Notes under the pieces: model-generated
Told to the model about the DNA's origin: nothing
The model's input: the letters and a program-made list of their open reading frames with translations, nothing else
Databases searched by the model: none
NCBI GenBank assembly: GCA_028023455.1
Contig: JAQFVV010000001.1
Span: 5,022,001 to 5,086,000, forward strand
DNA length: 64,000 bases
Origin: Epiperipatus broadwayi
Lineage: Eukaryota; Animalia; Onychophora
Direction of reading: 5' to 3'
Shown here: positions 38,105 to 53,854 of the stretch, one piece after another
Numbering within the stretch: position 1 is the first letter of the stretch
Layout of the letters: each line of letters begins with the position of its first letter
Position numbers and translations under genes: made by a program

Positions 38105-41100
38105 TATTCTTTATACTATTGTAATATTTTCCATCATTCATACTAACTGAGTGATAACTAATGGCAAATCACTACTGATAATGACTGTATTATCATTTTG
38201 GTCATAATACTCTATTACCTAGTTATTCTACTTGCCTTTGAGCAGGAAACTTAGCATAGATCTAAGATATAAAAACAAACAAATGTATTTTACAATTAGT
38301 GAACTTTTTATTGATTTTCTAATTTTTAATTATTTATTTCAATTATATTCTTAGCATTCATTTTAAAGTTTGTTTGATTATTTTTAAATTTAAATGATTA
38401 ATCTCATGCCATTATTATCTTTTCCCAAATATTAATTATGTTTTATCTGGCCAACCATTTTCAAAATAGTCAAATGATATCCCTATCATTATTTCTGAAG
38501 AAAATTTAAATATTTTATTTCTCTAATAAAATTAAAAATTTTAGCTGTATTATTTAACTGATCTCTGAACTTATTTATTAAATGTGTCACATGGTCTGCA
38601 ATTTATTTTAGTTTCAGGTTGATAAGTATCACACGTTTTGGCATTTTAGTATTTGAATTATTATTTATTCTTTCATTGGTAGGAAATAAAAGTCAATTTT
38701 AATTTTAAATATGTCTATATTAATCATGTAACTTTAAATTATAGACTATAAAACTTGTAAACTGCATTTTAAAATTTTCTGGAGTTGAATGAGATGTTTA
38801 CTTTGACTGCTATTTTTTTCTTATCTGGAATTTTTATTTTAAATAAATTTTCTCTGGAGCCTGTTTTTAAAAATTTAAAAGTCTACTTTTTCTTTAAGCT
38901 ATCTCAATTCATTATTATTATTAATGAAGTAATTTACCTAATCACCAAGTGTTTTCTGAAGACCATATGGTACACATATACAAGTCATTATAATCTCAAT
39001 TATATTATATCTATGCTTCATTTCTTTCATATATTTTTATTATAGAGATAATATATCAGCTTAATAGTTATTTATATATCCAAAGTTTTGTTTAAAAATG
39101 CTATTTGTTATTATTTTTTGGGTGGGGCATTATCTTTTTTTTCATGAAACTGACAGATGGTGTTTTAGAATTTGAAATTATAACAAAGTTAAGAAATAGT
39201 AATAAAAATGAATGGAAATTTTAATAAAGTGAGTAAAAATTTGTTCAAGAAGTTTTTGTATCATTATATGTATATACTTTTAAAAAACTATGCTTTCCCC
39301 CTTGATTATTGTTATTTACTTTCTACAAATCAGAAGTGATCAGTTTTTATCTAGGTAGCCATAAATATGGTAAATGAGAAATGACTACACAAACATTATA
39401 AAACTAATTTGTTGGAAGGAAAAACACAAATAATTATGAACTTATTTAGGAAAAAAAAGTCATACATATGTTATTTTGATATTGTTCAATAAACATAAAT
39501 ACAAAATAAATATATAACTTATAACTATATTATAGGAAAATATAAAAATAGTACTTAAAAAAGTAAATAGCTATTAACAAAATTAATATATGGAGCTAGA
39601 CTAAAATTATTATGAAAGTAATGCTATTCTGGATTTAATATTGTAATGGGAAGTGTAGCTGAAAGGTATCACAATTAAATATTAGAAATTATTAAGACAT
39701 GTTAGTTAATAGAATGGATGAAAATACTTTTACCATGTAGTGTGCGTTAATGAAGAAAGTGTTGATTGTAACTGAATGAAATGTGGCAAAGGACAGATAA
39801 GTTAAATGCAAATGGAGGACAACATAATCTGAAAGAATTAAGTTTAATATAACATATAAATCAAGTGTATAGTACCAGTAGAAATGTGTTAATTTTAAAA
39901 CAGTTTAATATAATTGATAATTTTAAATGAAATATATTTTTGAATTATTTAAGAAGCAATTTGTTGTAGAAAGGATAAAGGAAATTGTGACCACTATTAC
40001 TTGGATTTATTTTGAGGAAGATAGGAGCGCTTGAGAATTGATCCATTTTGAAAAGATATTTCAAAAATGAATTGAATCATTTTCTTGAATATTTTAAAAT
40101 TTAAATCTATATTAGATTTTCAGGTTGAAAGTTAGTTGAATAATTAGATAATAAAGAATTATAATCAAATCTTAACATTTTAATTGTCCTTAGTACAATA
40201 ATAATTAATTATTGCTTACCATCCTTTAAAACAATTTTATTATAGCAGTAAATTTTTAGAGCTATATCATTAGCTATACTGAACTTTTTATATTATTAAG
40301 AAGCATGAACAAGTGAAAAAATTCAGTATACATTTACTTGTAATCTAAAGATTCACCATGTGTGGCATTCTCCAAAGTTAGGGTATGATAAATAGTTGTA
40401 ATTTGCAATTTTAAACACCATTAATAATAGAAATAGTTAGTATGATAACATATATTTAAGAGTCATTTGTCTTTTTCACATGTCTTTGTTTTCATGTTTC
40501 AGGAAAGTGGGGGTAGAAATGAACATTTTAAAATGTCTAAAAATATGAATTTAAATATATCTAATAGATATATGAAGTCAAATTATATCTTATGTTTATA
40601 TTTAACTCATTTGAAAAGTGGAGTGGTTTCAAAATACATACATAATTAAAGAGAGTTTTCTGACTTTCTGTGCTTTAAGGATGGGTGTAATATGATCAAA
40701 TTGAAATGAAGGATGCACTGATAAAAAGCACACACACAAACTTGAAAAAAAATGATGAAACAATTTTTAAACAGCCCTTTAGGCAATTTTTGACAGTTTC
40801 CTTTCATCTAACAATGAACGAAAAAATAGTAACATGGTCACAAATTTCCAAGTGGTGACATATTTATTGACCAGTTGTTAGATGATTAATTGAGCTGAAT
40901 ATGGGCTAGTACTGTGGAAGAAATCTCCTAAATCTGATGGACTCTGATAACATTTTCTTTTATGCAATTGGATTTCAAATCTGCATGGTGATTTAGTGTG
41001 CTACTATTTCACTATGAGAACTATCACACACATATAAGATCAGTCAAGAATTTAGTGCCTATTTAGGTATATGGTATCTTAATCAATAATCAATGTTTCA

Positions 41101-43185
41101 TCGTAATTCATTTGTGTCTTTTCTTTATAATTAGCATATTGATGCTCATTGATTAATAAACATTGTTATGAGATTTTATTATTTATTTAAGAATAAATAG
41201 GTACTTTCTTACTATGATTTTTGGCTTTTAATCATTTTATTAACATGGCAGATTAAAGCACTAGTCATTACATCTGTGTGTTTCTTTAAAGCACAGGGTG
41301 AAATAGATATTTTAAAAATTAAAAGATAGGTATATAGTAATAGTTTGGAGAGCAGTTATTAATTAGCTTGTATATAGTTTAATAATTATTTAAATGAGGT
41401 ACTATAAGTCTAGTGTTTTTTTTTTTTTAAATTAAAATTAGAAATGATGATTTCTTACATCTAATTTACTACAGATTGTAGTAGGTTTTGCAGATGCAAT
41501 ATATTAAATGATTGATACAATTTTTTAGAGTATTAGACTGAAATAAATTGTGAATAAAACTAAATGAATATAAATAGAAGGAAATGTTATATAAAACATA
41601 AGAAGTGGTGGCCATGTGATGTTTATTGAGATGTTATATATATATAATAACAAGGATATTGATTGACAAGTTTAATGTAACAATTATTGTTTAAAGTATT
41701 TAGGATATTGATTAACTGATTATAGAAGTAGTAAACAGAGATTACAATGAAAATTGTTATGATTTAATAAGTTTGTAACAAGATAAGAACTTATTCTTTA
41801 ATTGAATTAGAAAGATATCTTCTGTTTTATTTCAAGATGGCACTTTGTAACTCAGAGATGTTTTTTAATTGAGAAAAATAAAAAGAATAAGTTAGATGGA
41901 AAACATTATAAATATATATAAAGTATTGCAAAAATTAAGTTAAAAAAGATTATTCACCAAATAAATTATGAGGAATAATTAGATTAGAAATGCTAATTGA
42001 AATAAAGTAGTTATGAAAACAAAAAAAGAGAAATCATTTGAAAGAACTGAGAATAGAAAAAAAGAGGATGAGTTAATAGAAAATATGGTAAATATTAAGG
42101 ATTGGATGATTGAAAGTTTGAAGAGAAAGTTTTGGGAGCACTTGGGCTGTCTTTTGAAAAATATTACTCTTACTAATTAATTAATTCTACCATACTGTAG
42201 GTAAACTAGTATTAATCTGAACACTCTTAATTCAAAAACCTTCTATTATCTTAACAAAATTATAAAGTATTCTTTTAATGACTGCTATATAAAATTGTTG
42301 TGTCTTTACTCATAAAAGCATATACATTTTAAAGTTTTTAAAAGTATTTCAATATTTAAAACTATAGGTAGTACAATTAATGTTGATTTTCAATTTTCAA
42401 TTAAGTTTGGTTTAAGAAAAAAGGTTATTGTTGAAATCTGAAAAATTGGCAAATCAACAAAACAAAAACCCTCTGGAATCAAGGATTTCGGATTAATGAT
42501 AGTTTACCAGTATGTTAAAATAAAAATATTTTATCAATTTATTGCAGATTGAAAATCATTAATTTTGAAAAGGGTATCATTTGCAGTATTTTTAGATAAG
42601 ATTATTTTCGTGGAATTAAAGTTTATAAACATACAGTACATGAATAGTCTTACATATTGTATACACAGTATATATTATTTTGCATATTCATTCCTCTATT
42701 ATTACATAGGTACACTCCTTCAGTATATATATTAAAATATTTTTAAAACGTTTTTAATAATTTAAAAAATAAAATTTTTGAAATAGGTTTTTAAATTCTT
42801 GCATTGGTTAGGGTGGGACGAACGTTTCCTGTAAAAAAAAAAAAAAAAGAAGGCAGGTTAAAACAACAGTACCAGTGTACTGGCACTCCTAATAGAGGTT
42901 ATTTAAATTAACGTTTATTGGAGAAAAAAAAATCAGAATTATATGATTTGAATTTAATGTGTTTACTTATTATTTAAAAAGATAAAGAAACAATTATTTT
43001 TTTTATTAAGTAAACAACTATGTCTATTAATCATTCTTTTTTTTTTTAAAAAAAAAAATTAATGAAAGTTTTTTAAAAATAAAATTCTTCATTATTATTA
43101 TTTTTTTTAAAAAAAGTATCTTAATGTTATTTAAGCGCTTATTAAAGTTTACAAAAGAGCTTTAAAAATTTAACACAATTTAATG

Positions 43186-43263
43186 TTAGCATTTCAGCAG
43201 ACCAGCCAAAACATCACAAACTACTTAGCATTTCAGCAGGCCAGCCAAAACATCACAAACTAC
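43186..43263 (+). repeat. 39-bp tandem duplication
   Basis: ttagcatttcagcag(a/g)ccagccaaaacatcacaaactac occurs twice with one mismatch. Confidence 0.95.
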
Positions 43264-45989
43264 AATCGGATGATGACTTAATGAAATTATTAATTAGTCC
43301 TAATATTATATTGCTGAATTACTTTGTTTGTCAGCAAACAGATCTTAATATAGAATACACAATATTTGTATTATTTTTAATTACTTGACTTTATGAAGCT
43401 TTGTTTCTAAGAGGTTCTTACAGCTCCAGGATCATTTCCTTCCTTTTTATTTCTACCTGAATTAATTTATATATTGTTTTTCTTTCCCCAGTAGAGTTTA
43501 CTTTTTATTTGTCTTGATATGGGAGTGTATTTATTTTACTTTAATATATTGTATATTTGTTATTTGTATTTTGTCAATTTATTTGATCATGTTATTGTTT
43601 TTTTAATGTCTTATTAATAATATTATTGAGCTAATTGGCTCATGATTAGAGCATGTCTGGTGAGCAAAAAATTTTTAAAATTGATTTCTTGATTGATGAA
43701 AGTGAAAAGAAAAAAAATTGTCGGTTGTATTATGTGGACTGATGAGCAAATGACTATCTGTTAGTAATTTTTATGATATATAGCAATATACACTTAGTAA
43801 CATTTAGATAACATTTTGTTCAATTAATCTTTGATATATTTTTTGTTTTTTAATTATTATATTTGCATTCTATAAATAAATAATTAGAATAATTTGTTGC
43901 TTAGGTCACATCTGGGTACCAGAAATGACAAGTTGAGATTCTTGCTAACTAACTTTTAATAGCGCTTGAATATGCAATTTTATCACTTTGCTAAACTGCA
44001 GGAATTTTCTTTCACAAAATTTCATTGATCTAGGTAGATTACTATACCTAATGAACATTAAGGAAAAAAGTGGTACTATTGTATTTATATTTGCTACAAT
44101 AAAAAAAAAAAAATAATAGTAATGAAGAAGCAGATAATTTTAAAATAAACTTGGAATAATTTGAAATTGAATAGAAAAGTTAAAAAAATTTCTAAACATA
44201 ATCATTTCATCTTTAAATATTCTGATGAATCTTCAAAAATCAAAACTTGAATCTGAGAAATAAGAAATTACTAAACAGGAAAATTAGATTTAGTCACTTA
44301 ACATTCATGAAGTTACAATTTGCTGAGCACATTTTTGTTAAAAAACTAGATAAACCTAAACTGTCCTTAATTAAACTTAATTTTATAAACTGAAAGTAAT
44401 TTCTTCCTATTAGCTTTCCAACTATAATTCTTGAACACTAGATAAAGAAAATTATTGAAAACAACTCAAAATAAATTATTTTTCTTAAAAAACTTGATGA
44501 AGGCACATTTCCAATTTTAGCATATAAACTGACTTTGATCAATGTTGAAATAGTAACAAGTATAAAAATAATAATAATAATCTTTTTCTTGCTTATCCAA
44601 AGATGTATTCACTTAAACAATCAGTATGCAAAGTTTTTTTTCTCTTATTAAATTATTTGAACTATTTGGAAGTAATTTTTTTTTTCAAATTTAATTCCTC
44701 TTACTTCTATGTTATCACAAATGAGGATTTATGTATTATCGAGATTTTGAGTGGGAAGAATTTTTAAAGAAACTTTATAACATTAACAAGAAGAGTGTTT
44801 ATTACAATTCAATTGTGTTCAAAAGAATAATCTTTGTTGAAAATACACTAAAAGAATTCAGTGACAATTAATTTTGTTATGTTTTTAAATAAACTAACCC
44901 TACAAATCTTTCTCATTCTGGCTTTGATCACAATATTTTTCAGCATAGAAGAGCAAATTGCTTGATTTGTATCACAAAGAGATTGATACCAAACTTTCCA
45001 TATATGATAACAACAAATGTTCAAAAAATTTGTCTTAAATGAGAATTAATGCTTACACATGTTATTAAATTACTTTTTAGCAGGTACCTACAATGATAAT
45101 GATCTGTCACTGTGAACTAGTCTTCTTTACTAATTATAATATTGTCATGTGTTGTAACAGTGATGATTCTCTCAAAGCATGAACCTAGATTGTAACAATG
45201 TCATTTCAAGCTATTTTATCTGTAAAATTAGCTGTTATATTTTTATTCACTGAATGAAACTACCTTACAATGAATCATTAGATTTGACATATTTTTCATG
45301 CAATTCTTCTTCTATGGCTATACACAAACAATTGATCTATTGTCTGTCATTCAACTAGTAAATGAAATTCCAGCAAATCGATAATAGAATCAAAGTGTAC
45401 ATGAAATATTATCTAATTAGAATTTTTCTTTTTTCAGTTCTCTATTTGCTCTATTTTATATTCAAATTTTGAGCACATGTTGGATATATTTCATAAAATA
45501 AGAACACTTCAAAATAAAAATAATGCAAAAAAAAAAGAAAAAAGAAATATTAATCAGGAAATACTAGATAATTTCCCAGAAGTTAGCCTTGGGACTTCAG
45601 CAGTAAATATCATCAGAATAAATGACAATAATAAAAGTCAATTTTTTTTAAAATTGCAAAAATGGGAATATATTATATGTATAATAAATTAAACAGCATA
45701 AATAATATGAAATGTAAATGGAGAGATAAACTTTTAGCATAAATGCACTGTAGTATATATAAATGCAACACCCTCCAGAGTCAGAACTAGATACCATGAA
45801 TGAAAATAAAATCATTTTCATTCATAGTGTTATTGGCACATTACATTGAATATCACAGCACAGATATGTTTGAAATTTAACCTCTGACTATATATGTATA
45901 ATATAATATAATGAGCATGCTAATAGCTCTAGACAAGTTTTTCCGATAAATGTCTGAAGAGAAAGCATTTAAAATCTCTATCTAGAATT

Positions 45990-46215
45990 AGCCCTATTCC
46001 CAAACCAGTTCCAAGCTGATGGCTCTCTTCAGTGAGGCACTAGAATATTCAAACACTAGATCTAAAATAACTCAAGGGCAGAATTTATCTAATACTTAAT
46101 TATTAAGTAGAAAATCTGAAAATTTCAGACATCTATATGTCTTCAAATCCAGTTGTCTAACTTAAATAGTCATATGGGACTGAACTAAATTCAGATACCC
46201 AAATATTAATAACTT
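45990..46215 (-). mobile_element. Repeat family B copy with a degenerate hammerhead (45999-46037)
   Basis: Homologous to 23053-23275. Minus strand reads CCTCA-CTGAAGA-GAGC-CATCA-GCTT-GGAAC-TG-GTT^TGGG. Confidence 0.6.
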
Positions 46216-47889
46216 TAGCAATATAACATTGCCAAAGCCTCAAAAGCAAAACTATAATAGTAAGAAAATCAAGTCATACACCACATGATTTAACTTAATA
46301 AGCTATACTACAAATGAAATATAATGAATGTGCTAATAGCTCTAAACAAGTTTTTCCAATATATATATATTCTAGCAGAATTTATAACAAACATGATTGC
46401 TGTTTGAAAATAATGTAAGTATAATCATCCATTTAGTGCCAGACTGCTTATTAAGGCAAAGATAAATTTAGTAAAACAGTTTTTTTGTCTGTTGCTTTAG
46501 AATGATTTATACTCTTAAAATAAAGCAAAGGACTATTTTTATGTATATTGCATATAACTGAAATGTTTTTCAGGATCCACATACTAGAAATTAATTTTAG
46601 CTGTAGCTATGTTAATATTTTACCCAGCCTAAATACTAAACTCAAATGATCTTAACCGTTATCATGACTATGTACTTAATTTCACTTGATGCTGTTACTT
46701 AGCTTACCATAGAAGAACCTCACTTATTTTTTACTTCAAATTTTATCTAAGCTGACAATTAATGTCCATAACTCTCCTATCAATATACTAAGATTCTAAT
46801 AGCTTTTTGATTTTTTTATTTATCTTTCAATAATTTTATTTGAACTTTTTAAAGGTTTATACATACTATATAGCAAAAAAAAAGTTACTGGATAACTTTT
46901 ACATATAATCAGATTCCAATAAAATGCATTGATTAAAATATAAAAGTTTTTTCTTAAAGAAAAATTTTTTAAACAACACATTGCTTTAGTATTTGAGAAA
47001 TAAATAATTATTTGCAGCCTTATCCTGTCTTAAGTCTGATTACATAATCCAAAGGAGATTAATTTTTATTAGCAATTTTTTATTCTCTTAAGTTTGTTAA
47101 TAATTGTATTTAAATGTTTTTGTAGGTTTTGGTTATATACAATTGTACATCTAATGCATCAGAGAATAAATAAAACGATTGGCAAGAGATTTTATTGGAG
47201 ATGGATATAGAACTTTGAACAACTTCCAGTTTTGTTATTTTTCCATTGAGAAAAGGAGAAATTTAGCATTTCTTTTATTTTGGTGAGAAGTGTTTGACTG
47301 TTTATAGCATGGCTTGAATTTAAATTTATTTTTAAGTCTATATATAAATAATTTGTTATTAGATCATGCTTCACACATCAAACCCCTCTCCCCCAATCAA
47401 GTATAATTATTACTTTTAACTTCGAATTTCAAAGATATTATCCACTTCAAATTTCTATTCAAAGTTTCATCATTGTTAGACTCCAAAATTAAATAATTTC
47501 TTAATTATCTAAATTAGTTAAGGTAATAATAATTTACAAGATTGATATTTCTCATATGTTTGTAATTCAATGCAAAAGCTTCTGACCTTTTTATTGATAT
47601 GTTGCTTTTTCAGTCTTTTCAAGACAAGTTTATTCACACTCAGTCATTATACAGAAATCAACAAGTATTATTTATATTCACTGAAAAAGTAAATAAATCA
47701 TTATAGAAGAAATCAATTTGAAACCGTTACATTAAATCTATTAACAGTTATGGAAGCAGATTCATTCTTTATGATTGTTTTATCGAATTTTTGATTATAT
47801 TATCTTGTTACATTTTTATAATTATTTCACAGCTCCACATAAATGAAATCATCTGGTTCTTATTTACTATGATAATTATCTTTATGCCT

Positions 47890-48017
47890 TGCTCTGTTTG
47901 GTGCAGTAGATAGAGTATCCATCTTGGGATTGGGAGTTCCCAGAATCAATTCTGATGCTTGCAGGTCTGGCACTTGAATTTATGAACTCCCAAGCATTAA
48001 AGCCATATGTCTTTTTT
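47890..48017 (+). mobile_element. Old tRNA-derived SINE, family C
   Basis: A-box-like tggtgcagtagatag. Homologous to 50098-50215, including the tail taaagccatat. Confidence 0.55.
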
Positions 48018-50097
48018 ATTATTATCTCTACATAAATAACAACTCATTTAATCAATATTATGGTTACTGAAATTAGTGCCATGTCAAAAAGTGGGGGGGG
48101 AAGCATGAGGTTTTTGTAGAATTATTAACTATCATGTATGCTGAACATTATGTTGTTGCCCAGATTACCTCCAATCAACTTTAAGGCTGTACGCACCTCA
48201 GCTTTACATTTTAAATTTGTCATGTAGAATTTTTTTTACCAATCTTAATATCATTTATTATGATAACCATTGTGTAAAAGGAATTGATAGATTCTATATG
48301 TATGAGAAGTATTGTTTCTGATTCCCTTATCATTGTTGTTTTACAATTAAACTTTTATCAGAAACTTAAAAGGTTTCATAAGGGGGTTATACCTTTCTAG
48401 CCTTATGAACATTAAGGTGGGAAATGTAATGCCATTTTTATTAAGTTATTAATATACTAGCTCTGTGATTTAATTTGCCAAATCATTTCTGTTGCAGCTG
48501 GCTATATGAAAAAAAAAAGCTCCTTTTCTTGTTTGAACTATCCTCTCATCTTTTCTTGATATTATTATTTTATTAAAATGAAATTAGTAAGCATTTAAAT
48601 AGCATCATAGACAAATTTCAAAACAAGTTGAAGTGACTGATTTCAAAATGTAGATGTCAAGGTGCTTATGCTTTTGAAGACAGTAGTGGCCAGCATAAAT
48701 ATTCTTACATGTCTACATTATTACAAAATGTGTATGAATATTAAATAAACATTTTTGTAAATAAGTATAAAGATAAAAAATCAACAAATTAGTCATTATG
48801 GACCAAAAGGAATGATTAACTTTCAACTTTTAATACATTATGTGTTATCACTAAGTTGATTTACTTAAGGTAATATATATTCAAGCATTAGAATCTTTTT
48901 AAAACTGACAAGTATGTTTTAGAAATCATTTAAATTTATTGCATGTTTAAATATTCAACTTTTAAATTCTTTTGCTGAAGCATTTTAAAAATAATTAATT
49001 CCTTTAAAAAAAAAAAAATCTTTGTTATAAGGCAGGCACTGTTATTTGGAATGAAAGCTGGGAGTGGTGGATGGTATACATGATGAGAATTCAATGAATA
49101 ACCCATTCTTTGTAGAGCATTTTCTGGTTTCTTGTGTAATGGTACTGATTGGGCTTGGAGTGTTTTTTTAGGAGTTATTTTAGATTAATTTTTTTAATTT
49201 TTTTTTTTTATATATTTGTAGTTACAGACTCTCAGATATATATATGTTTTCCAATATACATCTGTACATCCACATTCATATGTTTGACTGCATTTTAGGC
49301 ATGAAAATAAGTGTAAAGATAAACAAGAGGCATATACTTACAGTTGTAAACACCCATCTCTTCCTATTAATCTTTTTGGAAATATTATATTTGAGAAATC
49401 AATATTGATATGTCTATAATAGACATGTGTGTGTTATTTTATTTGAAAATGCTATGAGAAGCATGCCTTTTTTATTAGCATGTCAAAAAAAATAAGTTCC
49501 AATACTACTAAATGTGTGAGATATTCACATTTATGTTTATAAATAAGTTATGGATTTTATTTGTCCTTACCAATTTTTGATTTTTCATTAATGTATTTTT
49601 TTAAAAATCTTTCTATTCATGCTAAGGTTATTTATACATGAAGATGTATTCTTAGATTCTGTGTTAAATTTTTCTTTATAGTTTCTCTGTTTAAATTTCA
49701 TCTCATAGTTCTCTGTTTACTGATTGTATTAAGCTAACTTGGCTGAACTTTATAGAATTGATAGATAAATTATGGCAATGTTCATTTAATTTCTATGAGT
49801 TTTGGATGTTTGGTATTACTTTTGTAATTGTTAGTAATAACAATTGATAAAGTTAGGCAGTTTAATGAATGCATTTAACCCTGTCTTGAAACCTTCTTTG
49901 GAGAATGAAACAACCTTATTTGGTTTGCTATTACTTTTTTTTTAGTATTAATTTATTTATCTTTATATTTGAAGTATATATATATATATGAAACATAAAC
50001 ATTTTTTTCTATATAAGTATTAATATAATTTCAATTAACTTTGTATTGAAACAGATTGTCATCACATATTTACATTTTATATACATATTACTATTGA

Positions 50098-50215
50098 CTG
50101 CATTTTGGCGTAGTTGATAGGGCATCTGACTTTGGATTGGGAGGTCCCAGGGCCAATTCGGGTGCTTGAACTTCTTATAAACTCCTGTGCAATAAAGCCA
50201 TATATCTTCTTCTTT
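50098..50215 (+). mobile_element. Old tRNA-derived SINE, family C (tRNA-Arg/Trp-like head)
   Basis: tggcgtagttgatagggcatctgactttggat resembles tRNA D and anticodon arms. Degenerate B-box gggccaattcgg, AATAAA tail. Confidence 0.55.
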
Positions 50216-53200
50216 TTTAATTGATTGGTGTAGCAGATCCATTTTGTTTTAGATTAATATTATTGAAAATTATTATTTTTTTAAATTTTAGTTTAGAAAT
50301 TAATTATGCACTTAGAAAAGTAAACTGCAATACATTATAAACATAAAGAGATTTATGGGTTAAATATTTTTTTATTTTGAGAGACTTGTTTGTATCATGA
50401 TTCTTGAATATGGTTCATTAATTTCATCTGTTACGGAAGATTTACTATTCATATACTAAAAACTTGGATATTTTAAATTAATACATTTAAAATTGTGTAA
50501 AGCTTGAAAATTTAAATTTCTTAAATATTTTAGTTAGGTGCAAGGAGCAATATATATATAAACTTTGCATATATAAGAGAAAATCAATGATTAGATTAGA
50601 AATGGTTATAAAATTTAAAGAAGCAAGATAGGAATCTAAAAAAAAACCATTTTAATGATATTTTTCATTGACAGTGGTACACTTGGTTCATTAACATTTG
50701 TTCCTTAAAATCATTAGTGCATAAATTTTATCTCGGTTATTCACTTTTTAAATAATTTTTTTATAGTTATATCCAATTTTGAATGTGTGATTTGGAAAAC
50801 ATAAATAGAAAATATTATATAAAAATTATTTTTAAGAATTTCTTTTGCCCTTAAAAATATACAATAGAGTGTTGTTTTTCAGTATCACTCTTCTTGAATA
50901 CAGTTGCCATTTTATGTATGTAATGGTTACCTGAACTGTAATTGAAAATGCTGTTATACTTTCATTTATAATCTATTTTTATAATCTATTTTCTGATATA
51001 TATTGGAGAACTCTTTAATGCAATTAGATATTGCTTTATGTGCGAACTTCTTTTCTGGAATGAAGACCAAGTAGGCTAAAGAGTACTACGACCATGTGAT
51101 AATACTATATAATCATCAGTAGTAATCGGCCATTGCTTGCCATCATCTTTATATACTTGCTTTTAGCATCTTACTTTTAGAATATCTCATAAAGTTTAAT
51201 GAACCATTTATATCATTAAAATGATTATATGTATATATTATTTTTTTAAATGCTCATTTTAAAAATATTAAATGTTAAATATCAAGAATGCTTACCATTT
51301 TCAACTATTATCAATCCACAAGATGAAGATCTCTTTAAGTTTAATCCAGTTTCTGTGTACCATAGCCTATTTTATTCACATTACACCTACACACTTCCAT
51401 TACTTCATCCATCCATCTCATATGTGGTTTCTTTCTAGATATTTTATATTCTCTTGGATTAAGTTTAAGCCTATTATTATCTTTTCTAGCAATATGTCCA
51501 GTTCAACTCCATTTCCATCTCTTAATTTTTTCAATGATGTTAAAGATACCTGCTTGTTTTCTGATATGTTATATATGTATGCATGTATGATCTTTGTCTA
51601 AAGGCAAGTGAGTTACCAGACAATAAGAAACTATGAACAAATAATCATTTTTAAACATCTGTATTGATTTGACATTGCTTACTAACTGATTGCTATATTT
51701 TATTCTAGCAAGCTTTTTACATCATAAAGAATCTTAAAAAAGCAAGAAATTTTTAACTTATTTATGCTGGAATTATATTGTATATTACAACTGAAGCTTG
51801 CAGTTTATTCTCAGGATTATTGCTATCTAAGTTTGTCAACAGTTTTATCATTTTTTTCAGCGCTATCACAAGGTAATAAAAAAAATATTTGTCAATTTCC
51901 CAAACACATAATTTCAAAGCATTATTAAATTTTATTTTAAAAAAATATTATTTTAAAAAAGATTAAAAATAATATTAACAGTTTTTTGTAAAGAGGGTGA
52001 TGCAATCACAGTCTACTCTAGAACATTGCTTAAGAAAGCACAAAGCTACATCAATGAACAAAAGAAAAAAATGCTTAAAATAGTGATAAAGGACAAAAAA
52101 AAAAACAAGAGAAAATGTTGGAATTTTAATGATATTAAATAAGGGAAAAAAATAACTGAGTTTAAGCTAAAAAATATTTTGCTTATTGAAAGTTTATTTC
52201 ATTGGAAAATGATGTGTTCAGTTTATTAACTCCCATATATATATATATACCTTTTAATAATATAAGATGGTTCATTATGTTATGATGTAGTTTTAGAGGT
52301 TAGAATAAATTTTGTTAAGAAAATGGCAATAATCTTGTTTAGGTACTTCAATTACTCTGTGAGAAGAGGACTTTCATGTATGCATAGATGTTTTGAAAAA
52401 ATAAAGTATTTATTACTTATTTAATAATGTGTTTATTCAATGTAAATTTCTATGATTATTCAAGTCAATAATTTGTGAATGCTATTTATGTAAATTGTTA
52501 TTGTTGTAATCATATATCCATTATATGTGTTTATGTGGTGATGAGTTTTTGAGAGAGTACGAAACAATGTGTATGAAAAATTTATTAATTTATAAAATAT
52601 TAGAATAAAGGGAGCTCTATTTTGTAATTGAAAGCAAGTTCTAAAATTTAGATGGGGAAAAAGTTTTTGCTAGCATTATGAATTCTTTAACATATGTTTA
52701 ATTGGTATATATATATATGTGCGTGTAGTTAATTGGTATATATATATTTTTAATAGTTGGATGGTTTATCAAAATCGCAAAATAAAAGCAAGGAATCAGT
52801 GAATGAATCCGAATTGTCAATGGACAAGGACATTAAATCTGAGGTAAATTAAAATTATTAAATTAAAATTATTATATTTTAATACAACTATTTCATTTTT
52901 TATTACTAAATAGTGTGTAAAAGCTTTTAAAATTTTGGTTTAAAATATTAAAAACATAAGCTATGATATATATTCAATCCTTTTGAATGAATAAAATAAT
53001 TAATTCAGATAACATTAATGATAATGATCACTATAAAACTTATGTCATAATAGTATAGCATAAATGAATTCAGAAGTTGTTTTTAGTTCACAAGAGTTTT
53101 TTTAAATCCCATCAAGATTTCTGTAAAAACCTGGAAAAGACATATACTTTTAATCGTATTTGTTCACTTGATCGAGCAAGTCCTGTCAAAAGATCATTAA

Positions 53201-53834
53201 TACATAGTTACTATAAAATTTTAGAACAATTTAAAATATACACAGACAAGACCAATTTTCCTCATGTTTGATACATGTTACCCAACACTCATTGATATAG
53301 TAAACTATTTATTTTTGACACTTTTCTGATTATATGATAAATGTGGAAAAATATACACCATTGACAAGTTGACATTGGGTGTCTGATCAATAATGAAAAG
53401 ACCACTGGAAAGCTGATATCTATATCTTTTTTATGATCTATCAACTACAAAGCTGATTCTTTAAGAATACCAACATTACAACATTTAGTATTTTATTAGC
53501 ATAGCTTTAAGCATTTGAACAAGATAATTGTGAATTTGAAAATTTTGTTCATGATTTTGGTGAAGAAAAAATTCTTATATACAAGAAGTCTTTTTCCATT
53601 TTGATTGATTGGTTCTGTAAAACTAATTTGTTGAAAGAATTCATGATGATTATTCCAAATTTTTATAAGAATATTATTGATAACCTTAAATTGGAATTGT
53701 AATGCAGCAAAATTGTAATGCTTACCTATTGATAATAATACATTTATGCATCTATGAGACTGTTGTGCTTATATTTATTTATAAATATAATAATGTGGAT
53801 TAAATAAAAACTGCATTCACATGCACATGTACAC

Positions 53835-53854
53835 ACACACACACACACACACAT

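Noticed and set aside
43735-43770. CTGATGAGC as a hammerhead core
   Set aside because: No stem II partner and no GAAA follow.
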